Shown in pieces: positions 27,301-35,766 of a DNA stretch of 54,891 nt. The notes under the pieces were generated by a model that did no database searches, was not told where the DNA came from, and was given only the letters and a program-made list of their open reading frames with translations. Each line of letters begins with the position of its first letter. Positions within the stretch are counted from its first letter, which is position 1. Position numbers and translations under genes: made by a program. This stretch comes from an uncultured bacterium (GTDB lineage: Bacteria > Caldisericota > JANLFM01), in contig CAYXFH010000145.1 of the NCBI GenBank assembly GCA_964464245.1, positions 1 through 54,891 of the forward strand. Reading direction: 5' to 3'.

Positions 27301-28005
27301 GATTGCCGCCAACCCTTCCTCATGAATCGAGAAAGCCCGCCAGGGGAGCAGCAGCGCTTCCTCAACCTGCCCTTCGGAGACTTGCGCACTGGGATCAAAG
27401 AGTCGTATCGAAGCCAAGACGTCTCCTTCGAATTCGAAGCGCAATGGAAGGGGTGAGCTTGGCGTGAACACATCGACGATGGCGCCTCGCTGGCTGTATT
27501 CACCGAGCGCTTCCACTCGGGCGCTTCGGCTATAGCCCGCCCCGTTGAGGAAACTCAGGAAGTCCTCACGCCACACCTCTTGGCCGAGACGAAATGCCAT
27601 GCGCTGTTGGTTGAAATAGCTGGGTGAAGGGCAAGACTGAAGCAAGGATCTCAAGGTTGCGCAGACTACCGGCAGACGACCTCCCCGGAGCTCCCACAGC
27701 GTGCTCAGGCGAGTTGCAAGAGTAGTCGAATCAGCAGGAGCTTTCTCACCGAAGTGCGGTTTCAGTGCTGGAAAAGGGTACACTGGAAGGCCCCACTCGG
27801 CCAGCAAGGATGCTGTCCTCTCCATCGGTTCTCCTTCTGCGAAGAGCAACAGCAGGGGGCGCAGCAACGACTGATAAATAGCGTAAATGAGAAGTGGCCG
27901 AAGACCTTCCCCCACCTGACCTAGACGCTGAGGATGACCTGCTTCCAAGCTGCTGATCAGCTTCCGCATGCCTTGTTCAGAGAGAAGCAACGAGGCCAGA
28001 TTCAT
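24382..28005 (-). CDS. mfd: Transcription-repair coupling factor Mfd
   Basis: I chose the start at 28005 (MNLASLLL), which forms an ATGA overlap with the pth stop. The protein has the RNA-polymerase-interacting CarD-like region ([13 protein letters not shown]), helicase motifs ([31 protein letters not shown]) and the TRG region. Confidence 0.95.
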   Translation of the reverse strand: MNLASLLLSEQGMRKLISSLEAGHPQRLGQVGEGLRPLLIYAIYQSLLRPLLLLFAEGEPMERTASLLAEWGLPVYPFPALKPHFGEKAPADSTTLATRLSTLWELRGGRLPVVCATLRSLLQSCPSPSYFNQQRMAFRLGQEVWREDFLSFLNGAGYSRSARVEALGEYSQRGAIVDVFTPSSPLPLRFEFEGDVLASIRLFDPSAQVSEGQVEEALLLPWRAFSIHEEGLAAIQAGLSRQHKRLRERLRTSEARFLEETVGSDLRLLEKGMHFLGEEYYHPFFSPVASLLSHLPPSTLILSEEEGKLQQAFEETRRASEMSYRSALDQGEAVPYGTTARGNLTAPGRMTAPGRVSWEIGAGQTAEFPLLPDWWSLQAVFHSFPSLSFSSFGGDVDFPYQALPSYQGQLSDFLPVMKGWLKEGRRVILAGRGIARYQDLFRSQDLPLEEMDWARDLQPGAAYLWKTAPAPGFTLPSLELTLVSEMELFGWRRKPKSERRYREAKILSSWEELKSGDLVVHETYGIGRYQGLATLEIDGLSRDYIQISYADQDKLYVPSEQIYLVAKYLGDNVKLPSLSRLHSPDWARTKRKARRAVAEIAHQLLELYAAREVAAPEPYPEVQPWEEDLSMTFAFEETADQERAIQDVMRDLQRQKPMDRLICGDVGYGKTEVALRAAFRAVLANKQVAFLAPTTILCQQHFNTFQERLRHFPVQTEMLSRFRSQGEQKEILQKVVEGRVDILIGTHSLLGKRVQFKDLGLLIIDEEQRFGVLQKERIREWKGDLHVLTLSATPIPRTLQMSLLGIREVSMIETAPANRFPVKTYVVEADEGIVRSALLREIERGGQAFVVHNRIHGLPRLHARLQSILPDARIATAHGQMAEERLEKTMWEFAQGQFDILLCTAIIESGIDLPNVNTLIVSDAQNLGLAQLYQLRGRVGRSDIHAYAYFLYPKRRALSEESEKRLEAIRDFTTLGAGLLIATRDLEIRGAGNLLGEEQHGFMINVGYQMYRQMLEEAMDRLRKGEAIPVEMDEEEIPLISHSVLEMEISAYIPSDYIPDEGSKMELYERLASLGRPEIHGEDELGQVAQQLRDRFGPIPLPLENLLRVSRVRLMAEKAGIERVRLDDRLLVFEVGPEPFFDPERLVLLARRFPKRFKIREADFYLRLEEDELGNALDRAEELLRILTNHKPAPIKAGVAVSTQEAG
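26936..26989. repeat. Three tandem 18-nt units of the same repeat family, opposite orientation, inside mfd
   Basis: The minus strand reads ACAGCCCGCGGCAATTTG ACAGCCCCCGGAAGGATG ACAGCCCCCGGAAGAGTG TCCTGG. This encodes [18 protein letters not shown]. Confidence 0.9.
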
Positions 28006-28604
28006 GGGGCGAGGAGGTTCTTCTTGTTGAAGCGGTTCATGCACATCGCGATACCCTCCCCCAGCCAGCAGTCGATACCGCGTTGAGCTTGCTCGATGAG
28101 CGCCGGAAGACAACCTTCATCCTCCGGCAAGAAAGGTTCGAGGATAAAATCTAGAGCTTTTTTCCCAGCTTCTCGACCTACGCCGAAGCGAAGGCGATCG
28201 AATTCAGCTTTTCGTACGTATTGCAGGATCGACGCCAGCCCTTGGTGACCTCCGGAGGAGCCTCCATGCTTGAAGCGGATCTCGCCCAAAGGCAGATCCG
28301 CATCATCGTGAATCACCAAGATCTCCTCCGCCTGGATGTGATAGAAACTACCGGCCCCGGCAACAGCTAGTCCAGACAGGTTCATAAAAGTCTGCGGCAA
28401 GAGAAGCAACCACCCTTCTCCTACCGCGATCTTTCCATGAAAACGCTTCCTCCAAGGAAGAACCCGTCGTTCCTCAGCAAAGGCTTGGGCGATGCGGAAG
28501 CCGATGTTGTGCCGGCTATTCCGGTATTCCATCCCCGGATTTCCCAGGCCGACGATCAGTCTAGCCCCCGGCATCTTGACAGCCCCCGGCAGGGAGTCCT
28601 TCAA
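28002..28604 (-). CDS. pth: Peptidyl-tRNA hydrolase
   Basis: It has LIVGLGNPGMEYRNSRHNIGF and HDDADLPLGEIRFKHGGSSGGHQG. The track start is TTG at 28604. An alternative ATG at 28574 (MPGARLIVGLGNPG) gives a canonical N-terminus. Confidence 0.93.
   Translation of the reverse strand: MKDSLPGAVKMPGARLIVGLGNPGMEYRNSRHNIGFRIAQAFAEERRVLPWRKRFHGKIAVGEGWLLLLPQTFMNLSGLAVAGAGSFYHIQAEEILVIHDDADLPLGEIRFKHGGSSGGHQGLASILQYVRKAEFDRLRFGVGREAGKKALDFILEPFLPEDEGCLPALIEQAQRGIDCWLGEGIAMCMNRFNKKNLLAP
28563..28598. repeat. Two 18-nt units of the same repeat family at the 5' end of pth
   Basis: AGCCCCCGGCATCTTGAC AGCCCCCGGCAGGGAGTC on the plus strand, antisense to pth. It encodes LPGAVKMPGA. Confidence 0.9.
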
Positions 28605-28606
28605 GA

Positions 28607-29242
28607 TTACGCTTCTTTGGCAGTCCTCTCGGCAGATTTGTTAGGAGCTTCCGCCACGACAGCGGGTGTCTCAACAACCTCTTCCTTCTCGGGTGGGATC
28701 AAAGTCACTACAGCCGTGCCGGCATCGGTGACGAGTCTTACTTTCTCTGGAAGAACCAAGTCTGCGGCGAATAGGCTATCACCGATACCCAACCCGCTGA
28801 CATCAACTACCAGGTAACTAGGGATGTCCATCGGCAGGCACTCTACTTCAACTTGGTGAAGATTCTCTTGCATAATGCCGCCCTCCTTGACGCCGATAGG
28901 AGTTCCGCGCAAATGGAGCGGTACATGGGCGCTGATCACTAATTCCAGGGAGATGGCATGAAAATCAATGTGCTGGATGGTTCGGTAGACGGGCTCACGC
29001 TGCAGTTCCTTCACAATCGTCACGACTGGTTTGGTTTCACCCTCTACCAGTAAGCTGAAGATGGCGTTGGAGCCGCTTCGCTCCAGCGTCTTGACGAAGC
29101 CTTTGTGATCGACGGCGATGGCTATCGGCTCAACGTTCTTGCCATACACGACAGCGGGAATCCATCCCTGCCGTCGTAAGCCATGCGTTTCCCCCTTGGT
29201 TGTGGCAGCCCTTCGGGATGCCTCTAATCGGACTTCTGCCAT
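28607..29242 (-). CDS. ctc: 50S ribosomal protein L25 / general stress protein Ctc
   Basis: 211 aa with GETHGLRRQGWIPAVVYG and a two-domain Ctc-type length. Synteny is prs-ctc-pth. Confidence 0.92.
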   Translation of the reverse strand: MAEVRLEASRRAATTKGETHGLRRQGWIPAVVYGKNVEPIAIAVDHKGFVKTLERSGSNAIFSLLVEGETKPVVTIVKELQREPVYRTIQHIDFHAISLELVISAHVPLHLRGTPIGVKEGGIMQENLHQVEVECLPMDIPSYLVVDVSGLGIGDSLFAADLVLPEKVRLVTDAGTAVVTLIPPEKEEVVETPAVVAEAPNKSAERTAKEA

Positions 29243-29257
29243 GATTATTCTCCTTTC

Positions 29258-30253
29258 CTAATACAGGGCGATTTGTTCGGATGAACCGTAGCTGAAGAGG
29301 TCTGAGATGGAACGGTTCTCGCGGATGCGGGTGATCCCTTCCCCCAAGAGCGGCGCCACGGAGAGGACCTTAATCTTGTCGATCATCTTTTCAGGGGGGA
29401 TGGGAACAGTATTGGTCACCACTAATTCGGCAATTGGAGAATCGGCAAGCATTTTCACCGAGTCGCCACAAAGGACCGCGTGGGTGCAAGCTGCGATGAT
29501 CTGCCGCGCTCCGGCCTTATAGATCGTGTCGGCAGCAGAGAGCAGCGTCTTCCCGGTGGTAATCATGTCGTCCACCAAGACTGCCACCTTCCCGCTGACG
29601 TCCCCGATCACTCCCATCGTTTCCACTCGGTCAGGGCCCATGCGACGCTTCTCAACGATGGCCAGGGAGTAGTTCAGTTTATCCGAGAGAATGCGGGTTC
29701 GAGGAACCCGGCCGATGTCGGGTGAGACCACTACTGCCTCTTGCAGACCTTTCTTCTTAAGGAAGTAGTCTTGAAAGAGCAGGCTGGCTGTCAGATTGTC
29801 GAAGGGGATGTTGAAGAAGCCCTGGATCTGGCCGGCATGAAGGTCAACAGCCACCACTCGGTTGGCTCCGGCCACCGTCAACAGGTCGGCCACCAATTTA
29901 GCAGTGATCGGCTCTCGCGGCTTAGTCTTGCGGTCCTGGCGACCGTAGCCGTAGTATGGCACGATGGCGGTGATGCTCCTGGCCGACGCTCTCTTCAGCG
30001 AGTCGATCATGACCAGCAATTCCACCAGGTTCTCGTTGACGGGTGGGCAAGTCGGCTGGAGGAGGAAAACATCCTGTCCGCGCACGCTCTCTTGGCAACG
30101 GACATGGATCTCGCCGTCCGGGAAGCGCGATGCTTCCATGGCGCCGAGAGGAATATGGAGAAAATCGGCGACCTCTTGAGCCAGGGCTAGGTTGGCATTC
30201 CCGCTGAATAGATGAAACTCCCTGCCGGGGGCTGTCTGCTCTTCCAAGCTCAT
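29258..30253 (-). CDS. prs: Ribose-phosphate pyrophosphokinase
   Basis: 331 aa with FSGNANLALAQEVA, RFPDGE, YYGYGRQDRK and VLVDDMITTGKTL. Confidence 0.95.
   Translation of the reverse strand: MSLEEQTAPGREFHLFSGNANLALAQEVADFLHIPLGAMEASRFPDGEIHVRCQESVRGQDVFLLQPTCPPVNENLVELLVMIDSLKRASARSITAIVPYYGYGRQDRKTKPREPITAKLVADLLTVAGANRVVAVDLHAGQIQGFFNIPFDNLTASLLFQDYFLKKKGLQEAVVVSPDIGRVPRTRILSDKLNYSLAIVEKRRMGPDRVETMGVIGDVSGKVAVLVDDMITTGKTLLSAADTIYKAGARQIIAACTHAVLCGDSVKMLADSPIAELVVTNTVPIPPEKMIDKIKVLSVAPLLGEGITRIRENRSISDLFSYGSSEQIALY
30219..30234. repeat. Single copy of the repeat-family terminal unit near the 5' end of prs
   Basis: The minus strand reads GACAGCCCCCGGCAGGGAGTT (codons 7-12, TAPGRE). It matches the terminal unit at the pth locus (AGCCCCCGGCAGGGAGT). 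Confidence 0.8.
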
Positions 30254-31239
30254 CGTTCTTCTCCTCGATTAGACAGGCCTTGCATGCAGGACAGCCCGCG
30301 ACAGCGCGTCCCGTCCGGGATGACGGCGTCAACCAAATGCAGGAAGGGTCCCAGCACACAACCTTGACCGATACGGCAGGCGCCTTCCAGAACAGTAAAA
30401 GGCTTGATCACGGTGTCCGGCTTCAAGCGCACTTCCCAGTCCAAAGAGACGCTGCTCGGGTCTTCCATTGTGACTCCCGCTCTCATCCACTGGCGCAATA
30501 TGCGGTCATGCAAGATGCTCCGGCATTGACTTAGCTGCATTCGATCGTTGACCCCGATGACAGGAATATCATCCACCCGGATAGCCTGAACGTTTCCCGC
30601 CTTGCGCATCATCGGCAGCACGTCGTTCAGGTAGTACTCGCCTTGGGCGTTTTCGGGGCAAAGACGCTCCAGGTAGCCGAAGACCGCCGGTAGGGAAAAA
30701 GCATAGACAGAAGTGGACACCTCATGGATGGTCTTCTCGGCGGCGCCGGCATCCGCTTCCTCAATGATCGAGTCGAAAGCGCCATCGGCATTGCGACGAA
30801 CACGCCCCAGGAGAGAAGGATCCTCCACATCAGCAGTCAGAACTGAACCCAAACACTGCGATTGAGACTGGTGCGCTTCCAACAAACGAGAGAGATGATC
30901 GGTTCGCACTAAAGGGATGTCTCCCGGCAAGACCAGTAATGTCCCGGTCTCGTCACTCAAGGCTTCCCTGGCTTGCTGCAAGGCGTGTCCAGTCCCAAGC
31001 TGGTGATTCTGCCACGCATAACGGTAGCCGGATCCGATTTGCTCTTGCACCTGTTCCCCACCATGACCGACAACGATCACTGTCTGCGCCAAGTTCAGCG
31101 GTTTTAAGGAATCCAAGGCGTAGGAAATCATCGGCCGCCCCAGTAAGGAGTGTAAAACTTTGGGGAGAGCGGAATTCATTCGCTTACCCATGCCGGCTGC
31201 CAACACGACTGCATACAAGCGTTCTTGCATGATCCTCAC
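30250..31239 (-). CDS. glmU: GlmU-like N-acetylglucosamine-1-phosphate uridyltransferase with a truncated left-handed beta-helix (acetyltransferase) domain
   Basis: 329 aa. It has the nucleotidyltransferase motif AVVLAAGMGKRMNSALPKVLH and GTGHAL. Only about 70 aa follow the helical arm before the stop, which overlaps the prs start (ATGA). The start is GTG at 31239 or ATG at 31230. Confidence 0.8.
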   Translation of the reverse strand: MRIMQERLYAVVLAAGMGKRMNSALPKVLHSLLGRPMISYALDSLKPLNLAQTVIVVGHGGEQVQEQIGSGYRYAWQNHQLGTGHALQQAREALSDETGTLLVLPGDIPLVRTDHLSRLLEAHQSQSQCLGSVLTADVEDPSLLGRVRRNADGAFDSIIEEADAGAAEKTIHEVSTSVYAFSLPAVFGYLERLCPENAQGEYYLNDVLPMMRKAGNVQAIRVDDIPVIGVNDRMQLSQCRSILHDRILRQWMRAGVTMEDPSSVSLDWEVRLKPDTVIKPFTVLEGACRIGQGCVLGPFLHLVDAVIPDGTRCRGLSCMQGLSNRGEER

Positions 31240-31249
31240 TTGTTCGTTT

Positions 31250-31323
31250 TGGCTGGGGAGGATGGGCTCGAACCACCGTCGGCGGATCCAAAGTCCGCTG
31301 TCCTACCACTGGACGACTCCCCA
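31250..31323 (-). tRNA. tRNA-Gln (anticodon UUG), CCA encoded
   Basis: I folded it by hand as TGGGGAG-TC-GTCC-AGTGGTA-GGAC-A-GCGGA-CTTTGGA-TCCGC-CGAC-GGTGG-TTCGAGC-CCATC-CTCCCCA-G-CCA. Confidence 0.9.
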
Positions 31324-31389
31324 GCGAAAAATACCTGACGAGTTCCAGCATCCGCTTCGACTCGGTTCAGACGTTCTTTCCGAAAACTG

Positions 31390-31465
31390 TGGTACCCCCA
31401 GGCGGAATTGAACCGCCGTCTTCGCCTTGAAAGGGCGATGTCCTCGGCCACTAGACTATGGGGGC
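31390..31465 (-). tRNA. tRNA-Glu (anticodon UUC), CCA encoded
   Basis: I folded it by hand as GCCCCCA-TA-GTCT-AGTGGCCGA-GGAC-A-TCGCC-CTTTCAA-GGCGA-AGAC-GGCGG-TTCAATT-CCGCC-TGGGGGT-A-CCA. Confidence 0.9.
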
Positions 31466-31481
31466 ACAAAAAGCCGGAGAT

Positions 31482-31510
31482 AGTCTACCCGATCGCATCC
31501 TCCCTCGCAA
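31482..31510 (-). promoter_or_regulatory. Candidate sigma-70-type promoter for tRNA-Glu/tRNA-Gln
   Basis: On the minus strand: TTGCGA (31510..31505), a 17-nt spacer, then TAGACT (31487..31482). It lies about 16 nt upstream of the tRNA-Glu 5' end. Confidence 0.35.
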
Positions 31511-31575
31511 GGTCGTTCGGGGGCTGGGTGGAGTCGCTCCTTACGGTGCATTAGTAGACTGCTGCCGAAGGCTGA

Positions 31576-32475
31576 TTAGTCCAAGGAACGAATCAGAATC
31601 TTTCCTCTATCATAGATGCCCAGAGGCATCCTTTCGGTATTGGCGTAATAACCGATCTGACCGCGCCAGTCGATCCCGATGAGGCCTCCTGCGAAGGTCT
31701 GCGGATCCTCAGGCAGAAGAGTGGTGACAGCTTTCAAGACAGGCTCCCGGCGCATCATCTGAACTGCGCGGAAAGCCAGTAAACGGCGCATGATCTGTTC
31801 CCCGTGGCCGGTAGCGGCGGCGCCTCCCCAACGAGAGGCAAAAAGCCCAGCTCCTAAGATCGGCGTGTCGCCAACCCGGCCCGGGAGCTTCCCAGCCAAA
31901 CCCCCGGTGGAGCAAGCCACCGCCAACCGCCCACTTCGGTCTCTGGCTACTGCTCCAACCGTATCACTGCAACGCTGCAACCCTCGGAAATTCTCCAGGT
32001 GGGGAAGAAGATTGGACTGTCGCTGGTCAACGATCTCACGCCATAGAGACCGTTGCGAGTCTGTGGTCGGATCGTAGTGAGGAAAACCGCAGGAGCGAGC
32101 AAACCTCGTAGCGGCTTCCCCAACCAAGAGGAGATGATCGGTGCGCGTCATCACTTCACGCGCCACATCGATCGGGTGCTGCACATTCTCTAGGGCTGCC
32201 ACCGCCCCGAACATCCCTTCGCTGGTCATCACGGCGGCGTCCATCTGGGCTCTCCCGTCAAGATTCAAGGAAGAACCGGACCCACAATTGAAAAGAGGGT
32301 CATCCTCAAGAACCTCAATGGAGGCAATGACTGCTTCCAGCGCGTTTTCCCTCTCTAGGACGGCAATCCCGCAGTCAAGCGCCCGTCGGATACCCTCTTG
32401 ATAACTTTCACCGGAGACCTCGCGCCAAGATCCCCCATGATCGTTCCAAGCCCCACCGTGGACGATAAGTTGCAT
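31576..32475 (-). CDS. Isoaspartyl peptidase / L-asparaginase (Ntn-hydrolase, plant-type asparaginase family), paralogue B
   Basis: I chose the start at 32475 (MQLIVHGGAW). It has LFNCGSGSSLNLDG, the autoprocessing site DTVGAVARD, and STGGLAGKLPGRVGDTPILGAG. Confidence 0.85.
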   Translation of the reverse strand: MQLIVHGGAWNDHGGSWREVSGESYQEGIRRALDCGIAVLERENALEAVIASIEVLEDDPLFNCGSGSSLNLDGRAQMDAAVMTSEGMFGAVAALENVQHPIDVAREVMTRTDHLLLVGEAATRFARSCGFPHYDPTTDSQRSLWREIVDQRQSNLLPHLENFRGLQRCSDTVGAVARDRSGRLAVACSTGGLAGKLPGRVGDTPILGAGLFASRWGGAAATGHGEQIMRRLLAFRAVQMMRREPVLKAVTTLLPEDPQTFAGGLIGIDWRGQIGYYANTERMPLGIYDRGKILIRSLD

Positions 32476-32525
32476 GATGCCGCTTACCTTATTGCCTTTA
32501 AAGCAAACAAGGTGGTCTGATTCTT

Positions 32526-33398
32526 CTACGCATCGAGCGTCAACTGCCCATTTTCTATAGTTCCCCAGAGCATCGCTTCCGTGTTGAAGGCCTGGGCCAT
32601 GCGCCCTCGCCAATCGATTCCGATCAAACCGCAGCTACAACCCTGCTCCTTGGCTTCTCTCACCAGACCAGGGATTACTTGCCCGGCAGGGTGAAGCTGC
32701 ATCCTTTCCACCGCTTCGAAGCATAGAAGTTGCCGCCAGATTTGCTCGCCATGACCTGTGGCTGACGCGCCTCCCCAGCGTGAGGCATAGGTTCCGGCGC
32801 CTAAGATAGCTGAATCTCCGATACGTCCGGGAAGCTTGGCTGCGTACCCTCCTGTGGAAGTGGCGACAGCGATTCGGCCCATCCGATCGCGAGCCACTGC
32901 GCCAACGGTTCCCTTCGTTTCGTCCCCAAGGAAGCTATGCAGGTTTGGAAGGAAAGCGCTGCCCTTGCGCTTGACATCCTCCAGCTCCTTCCGACGACTT
33001 CCGATGACAGGATCGTAGAGTGGGTATCCCCAATAACGAGCCAGGCGTTCTGCCCCATCTCCGACGATCAAGAGGTGGTCCGTCTCTTCCATCACGCGCC
33101 TGGCAATCAGGATGGGGTGCTCGACCCGTTTTAGAGAACCCACTGCTCCGAAACGTTCCTTGCTAGTCATGACGGAGGCATCCATCTCCACTTCTCCATC
33201 CAAATTCAAAGCAGACCCGGTCCCGCAGTTGAACAACGAGTTTTCCTCAAGAGAGAGAACTGCTGCCATGACGCCTTCCAGAGCGCCTTCTTTTTCTAGA
33301 ACGGAGTAACCACGGCGAAGGGCTTCTTCCATACCCTTGCGATATGGCAGGGAATTACGGGATTTCCCGGCTCCACCGTGGACAATCAGTTGGCACAT
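32526..33398 (-). CDS. Isoaspartyl peptidase / L-asparaginase (Ntn-hydrolase), paralogue A
   Basis: 290 aa with MCQLIVHGGAG, LFNCGTGSALNLDG, GTVGAVARD and STGGYAAKLPGRIGDSAILGAG. By eye it is roughly half identical to paralogue B. Confidence 0.88.
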   Translation of the reverse strand: MCQLIVHGGAGKSRNSLPYRKGMEEALRRGYSVLEKEGALEGVMAAVLSLEENSLFNCGTGSALNLDGEVEMDASVMTSKERFGAVGSLKRVEHPILIARRVMEETDHLLIVGDGAERLARYWGYPLYDPVIGSRRKELEDVKRKGSAFLPNLHSFLGDETKGTVGAVARDRMGRIAVATSTGGYAAKLPGRIGDSAILGAGTYASRWGGASATGHGEQIWRQLLCFEAVERMQLHPAGQVIPGLVREAKEQGCSCGLIGIDWRGRMAQAFNTEAMLWGTIENGQLTLDA

Positions 33399-33474
33399 GA
33401 TTCAATCTCCAGCCTCAGCATGATGACTTGATTGATCTTCCTTCCTTGGGTTGCCTGAGGCGCGTGATGGATCT

Positions 33475-33551
33475 TGGTGAGCCGTGCAGGACTCGAACCT
33501 GCGACCCCCTGCTTAAAAGGCAGATGCTCTACCATGCTGAGCTAACGGCCC
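33475..33551 (-). tRNA. tRNA-Lys (anticodon UUU), CCA encoded
   Basis: The sequence GGGCCGTTAGCTCAGCATGGTAGAGCATCTGCCTTTTAAGCAGGGGGTCGCAGGTTCGAGTCCTGCACGGCTCACCA gives a cloverleaf by hand, with anticodon loop CTTTTAA. Confidence 0.9.
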
Positions 33552-33576
33552 ACACGTGCTGCTGGCACGAGCCCTG

Positions 33577-33605
33577 ATTATAAGCAAAAAGGGTTGGGCC
33601 GGCAA
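33577..33605 (-). promoter_or_regulatory. Near-consensus sigma-70 promoter upstream of tRNA-Lys
   Basis: On the minus strand: TTGCCG (33605..33600), a 17-nt spacer, then TATAAT (33582..33577). It lies about 25 nt upstream of the tRNA 5' end. Confidence 0.6.
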
Positions 33606-33679
33606 ACTAGTCACTAACTTCCCCTACGGTGCAACGGGGGTCGTTTTCAGGCTTCCCCCCTCAAACTCTCTAACCCTGT

Positions 33680-35026
33680 TTAGAAGGTATCGCCGTGGGC
33701 GCCCAAGTTCTCGAAGCGGGTGTATTCTTTGATGAACTTCAACTTGACGGTACCGATTGGCCCATTGCGCTGCTTGGCGATGATGATGTCCGTGGCGCCG
33801 GTTTGATCGCCGCTCTCACGTGTTTTGTAGAGATCCTCTCGGAAGAGCATCAAGACCGTGTCTGCATCTTGTTCGATGGAACCGGACTCTCTCAAATCTG
33901 ATAGTTGAGGCTTCTTCCCCTCGCGTTTCTCCACCTCACGGGAGAGCTGTGAGACGACGATGATTGGGACTTGCAGCTCTCTGGCGAGGTTCTTCAAGCC
34001 GCGCGTCATTTCAGAGACCTCTTGCACGCGATTCTCGGCCCGGGTCCGGTTGGACATCAACTGCAGGTAGTCAACTATCACAATTCCCAAGCCCCGTTCC
34101 ATCTTCAGGCGCCTCGCCTTGATGCGAATCTCCAATAACGAGATGCCGGGCGTATCGTCGATGTAGATGGGGGCGCTGTAAAGCTCGGGCACCGAGTTGC
34201 TGAGGCGCTCCATGTCTTCGTTGCTGAGGAAACCTGTGCGCACCTTTTGGGCATCGACGCGCGCCTGGGAACAGATCATCCGCTGGACCAACTGTTCTTT
34301 GCTCATCTCCAGTGAAAATATAGCGACAGGCAGCTTCTCCTTCAATGCTACATATTCTGCCACATTAAGGCAGAAGGATGTCTTGCCCACCGAGGGTCGA
34401 GCTGCCACAATGACCATATCGGAAGACTGGAAGCCGGCGGTCATGCGATCCAGGGCGTCGAACCCGGTCCGCACGCCGGTGGTCAAGCGCTTATTGTGGA
34501 ATAGATTATCAATCCGTGCATATACCGCGGTAACCAATCCCTTGATCTCCACGAAATCCGTTGAAAGGCGTCGTTGGGCGATGGTGAAAACCAACTTTTC
34601 GGATTGGTCGATCAATTCCTCAAGGGGGGTATCCGTGTCGTAACCGAGCGTAGCGATTTTCGTTCCAGCCTCGATTAAGCGACGCAGCACCGATTTCTGC
34701 TCGACAATACGCGAATAATAGAGCGCATTTGAGGCAGTGGGAACCACCGAGGCAAGGGAGGCAATGTAAGCGCTCCCCCCCACCGTCTCCAGCTTTCCTT
34801 GGTTACGTAGGCTATCCACTACCGTAACGATATCGACCGGCTCCCCACGTTCCAATAGGTCGGCGATAGCAGAGAAGATGATGGCGTGCGGTTCACGATA
34901 AAAATCGACCGGGCTGAGTATCTCCAGAACCTGGGCGATCACATCCCGGTCCAGCAGCAAAGAACCCAAGACTGCCTGCTCCGCGTCTAGATTGTGGGGA
35001 GGTAAACGGGAGAGATCAGTAGACAA
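33680..35026 (-). CDS. dnaB: Replicative DNA helicase DnaB
   Basis: 448 aa with PPHNLDAEQAVLGSLLLD, Walker A AARPSVGKTSF, IVIVDYLQLM and SQLSREVEKR. No intein-sized insertion is present. Confidence 0.95.
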   Translation of the reverse strand: MSTDLSRLPPHNLDAEQAVLGSLLLDRDVIAQVLEILSPVDFYREPHAIIFSAIADLLERGEPVDIVTVVDSLRNQGKLETVGGSAYIASLASVVPTASNALYYSRIVEQKSVLRRLIEAGTKIATLGYDTDTPLEELIDQSEKLVFTIAQRRLSTDFVEIKGLVTAVYARIDNLFHNKRLTTGVRTGFDALDRMTAGFQSSDMVIVAARPSVGKTSFCLNVAEYVALKEKLPVAIFSLEMSKEQLVQRMICSQARVDAQKVRTGFLSNEDMERLSNSVPELYSAPIYIDDTPGISLLEIRIKARRLKMERGLGIVIVDYLQLMSNRTRAENRVQEVSEMTRGLKNLARELQVPIIVVSQLSREVEKREGKKPQLSDLRESGSIEQDADTVLMLFREDLYKTRESGDQTGATDIIIAKQRNGPIGTVKLKFIKEYTRFENLGAHGDTF

Positions 35027-35030
35027 GGCT

Positions 35031-35480
35031 TTATTCCTTCGCTTTAACTTCCAGCTCGACCTCGATGGTCAGCTCTCGGTGGAGTTTGATCGGGACCTTG
35101 TGTTTGCCAAGAGTGCGAATTGACTCCTCTAGCAAGACCCGCTTCCGTTCGACGGAAGTCTGACAAGTGGAAAATATCGCATCGACGATATCTTGTGCAG
35201 TCACTGAACCGAACAACTTACCGCTCTCCCCTGCCTCGGCGAGTAACACCAATGGGTTTCCTTCTATTGTGGCGGCTGTCTTTCTTGCTTCCGCCAACTC
35301 TCGGTCTTCGCGCTTCTTCCAGCCAAACTTGCGTTGCTCAAGCGTGCGCAAGGCGCCAGAAGTAGCCTCCTCGGCCAACTCTCGAGGGATGAGGTAGTTG
35401 CGCGCATACCCATCTTTCGTCTCCACCAGATCACCTTGTTTCCCCAGTTCTGGGTGATCCCTTAAGAGAATGATCTTCAT
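35031..35480 (-). CDS. rplI: 50S ribosomal protein L9
   Basis: 149 aa, starting MKIILLRDHPELGKQGDLVETKDGYARNYLIP. Confidence 0.95.
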   Translation of the reverse strand: MKIILLRDHPELGKQGDLVETKDGYARNYLIPRELAEEATSGALRTLEQRKFGWKKREDRELAEARKTAATIEGNPLVLLAEAGESGKLFGSVTAQDIVDAIFSTCQTSVERKRVLLEESIRTLGKHKVPIKLHRELTIEVELEVKAKE

Positions 35481-35481
35481 T

Positions 35482-35751
35482 CTAGTTGACCACGTACGGC
35501 AAGAGAGCCATCACACGAGCCCTCTTGATGGCGCGGGTTAAAGTCCGCTGGTGCTTGGCGCAATTCCCGGTGACGCGGCGAGGGATAATTTTGCCTTTTT
35601 CGCTAAGGAACTTACGCAAACGGTTGGCATCTTTGTAATCGATGAAAAGGTTCTTTTCAGCGCAGAATGCGCAGAATTTCTTGCGGGGTCTTCTATCTTT
35701 GGCGCCGCGCGTACGGCGTCGCCGCGGGTCCATTGGCTTTCTAGAATCCAT
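35482..35751 (-). CDS. rpsR: 30S ribosomal protein S18
   Basis: 89 aa with [43 protein letters not shown]. Confidence 0.95.
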   Translation of the reverse strand: MDSRKPMDPRRRRTRGAKDRRPRKKFCAFCAEKNLFIDYKDANRLRKFLSEKGKIIPRRVTGNCAKHQRTLTRAIKRARVMALLPYVVN

Positions 35752-35766
35752 CGTTTTTCCTTCTTC

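Noticed and set aside
31250-33551. An integrated mobile element or genomic island at the tRNA genes.
   Set aside because: I could find no integrase, no transposase and no direct repeat of a tRNA 3' end flanking the asparaginase genes.
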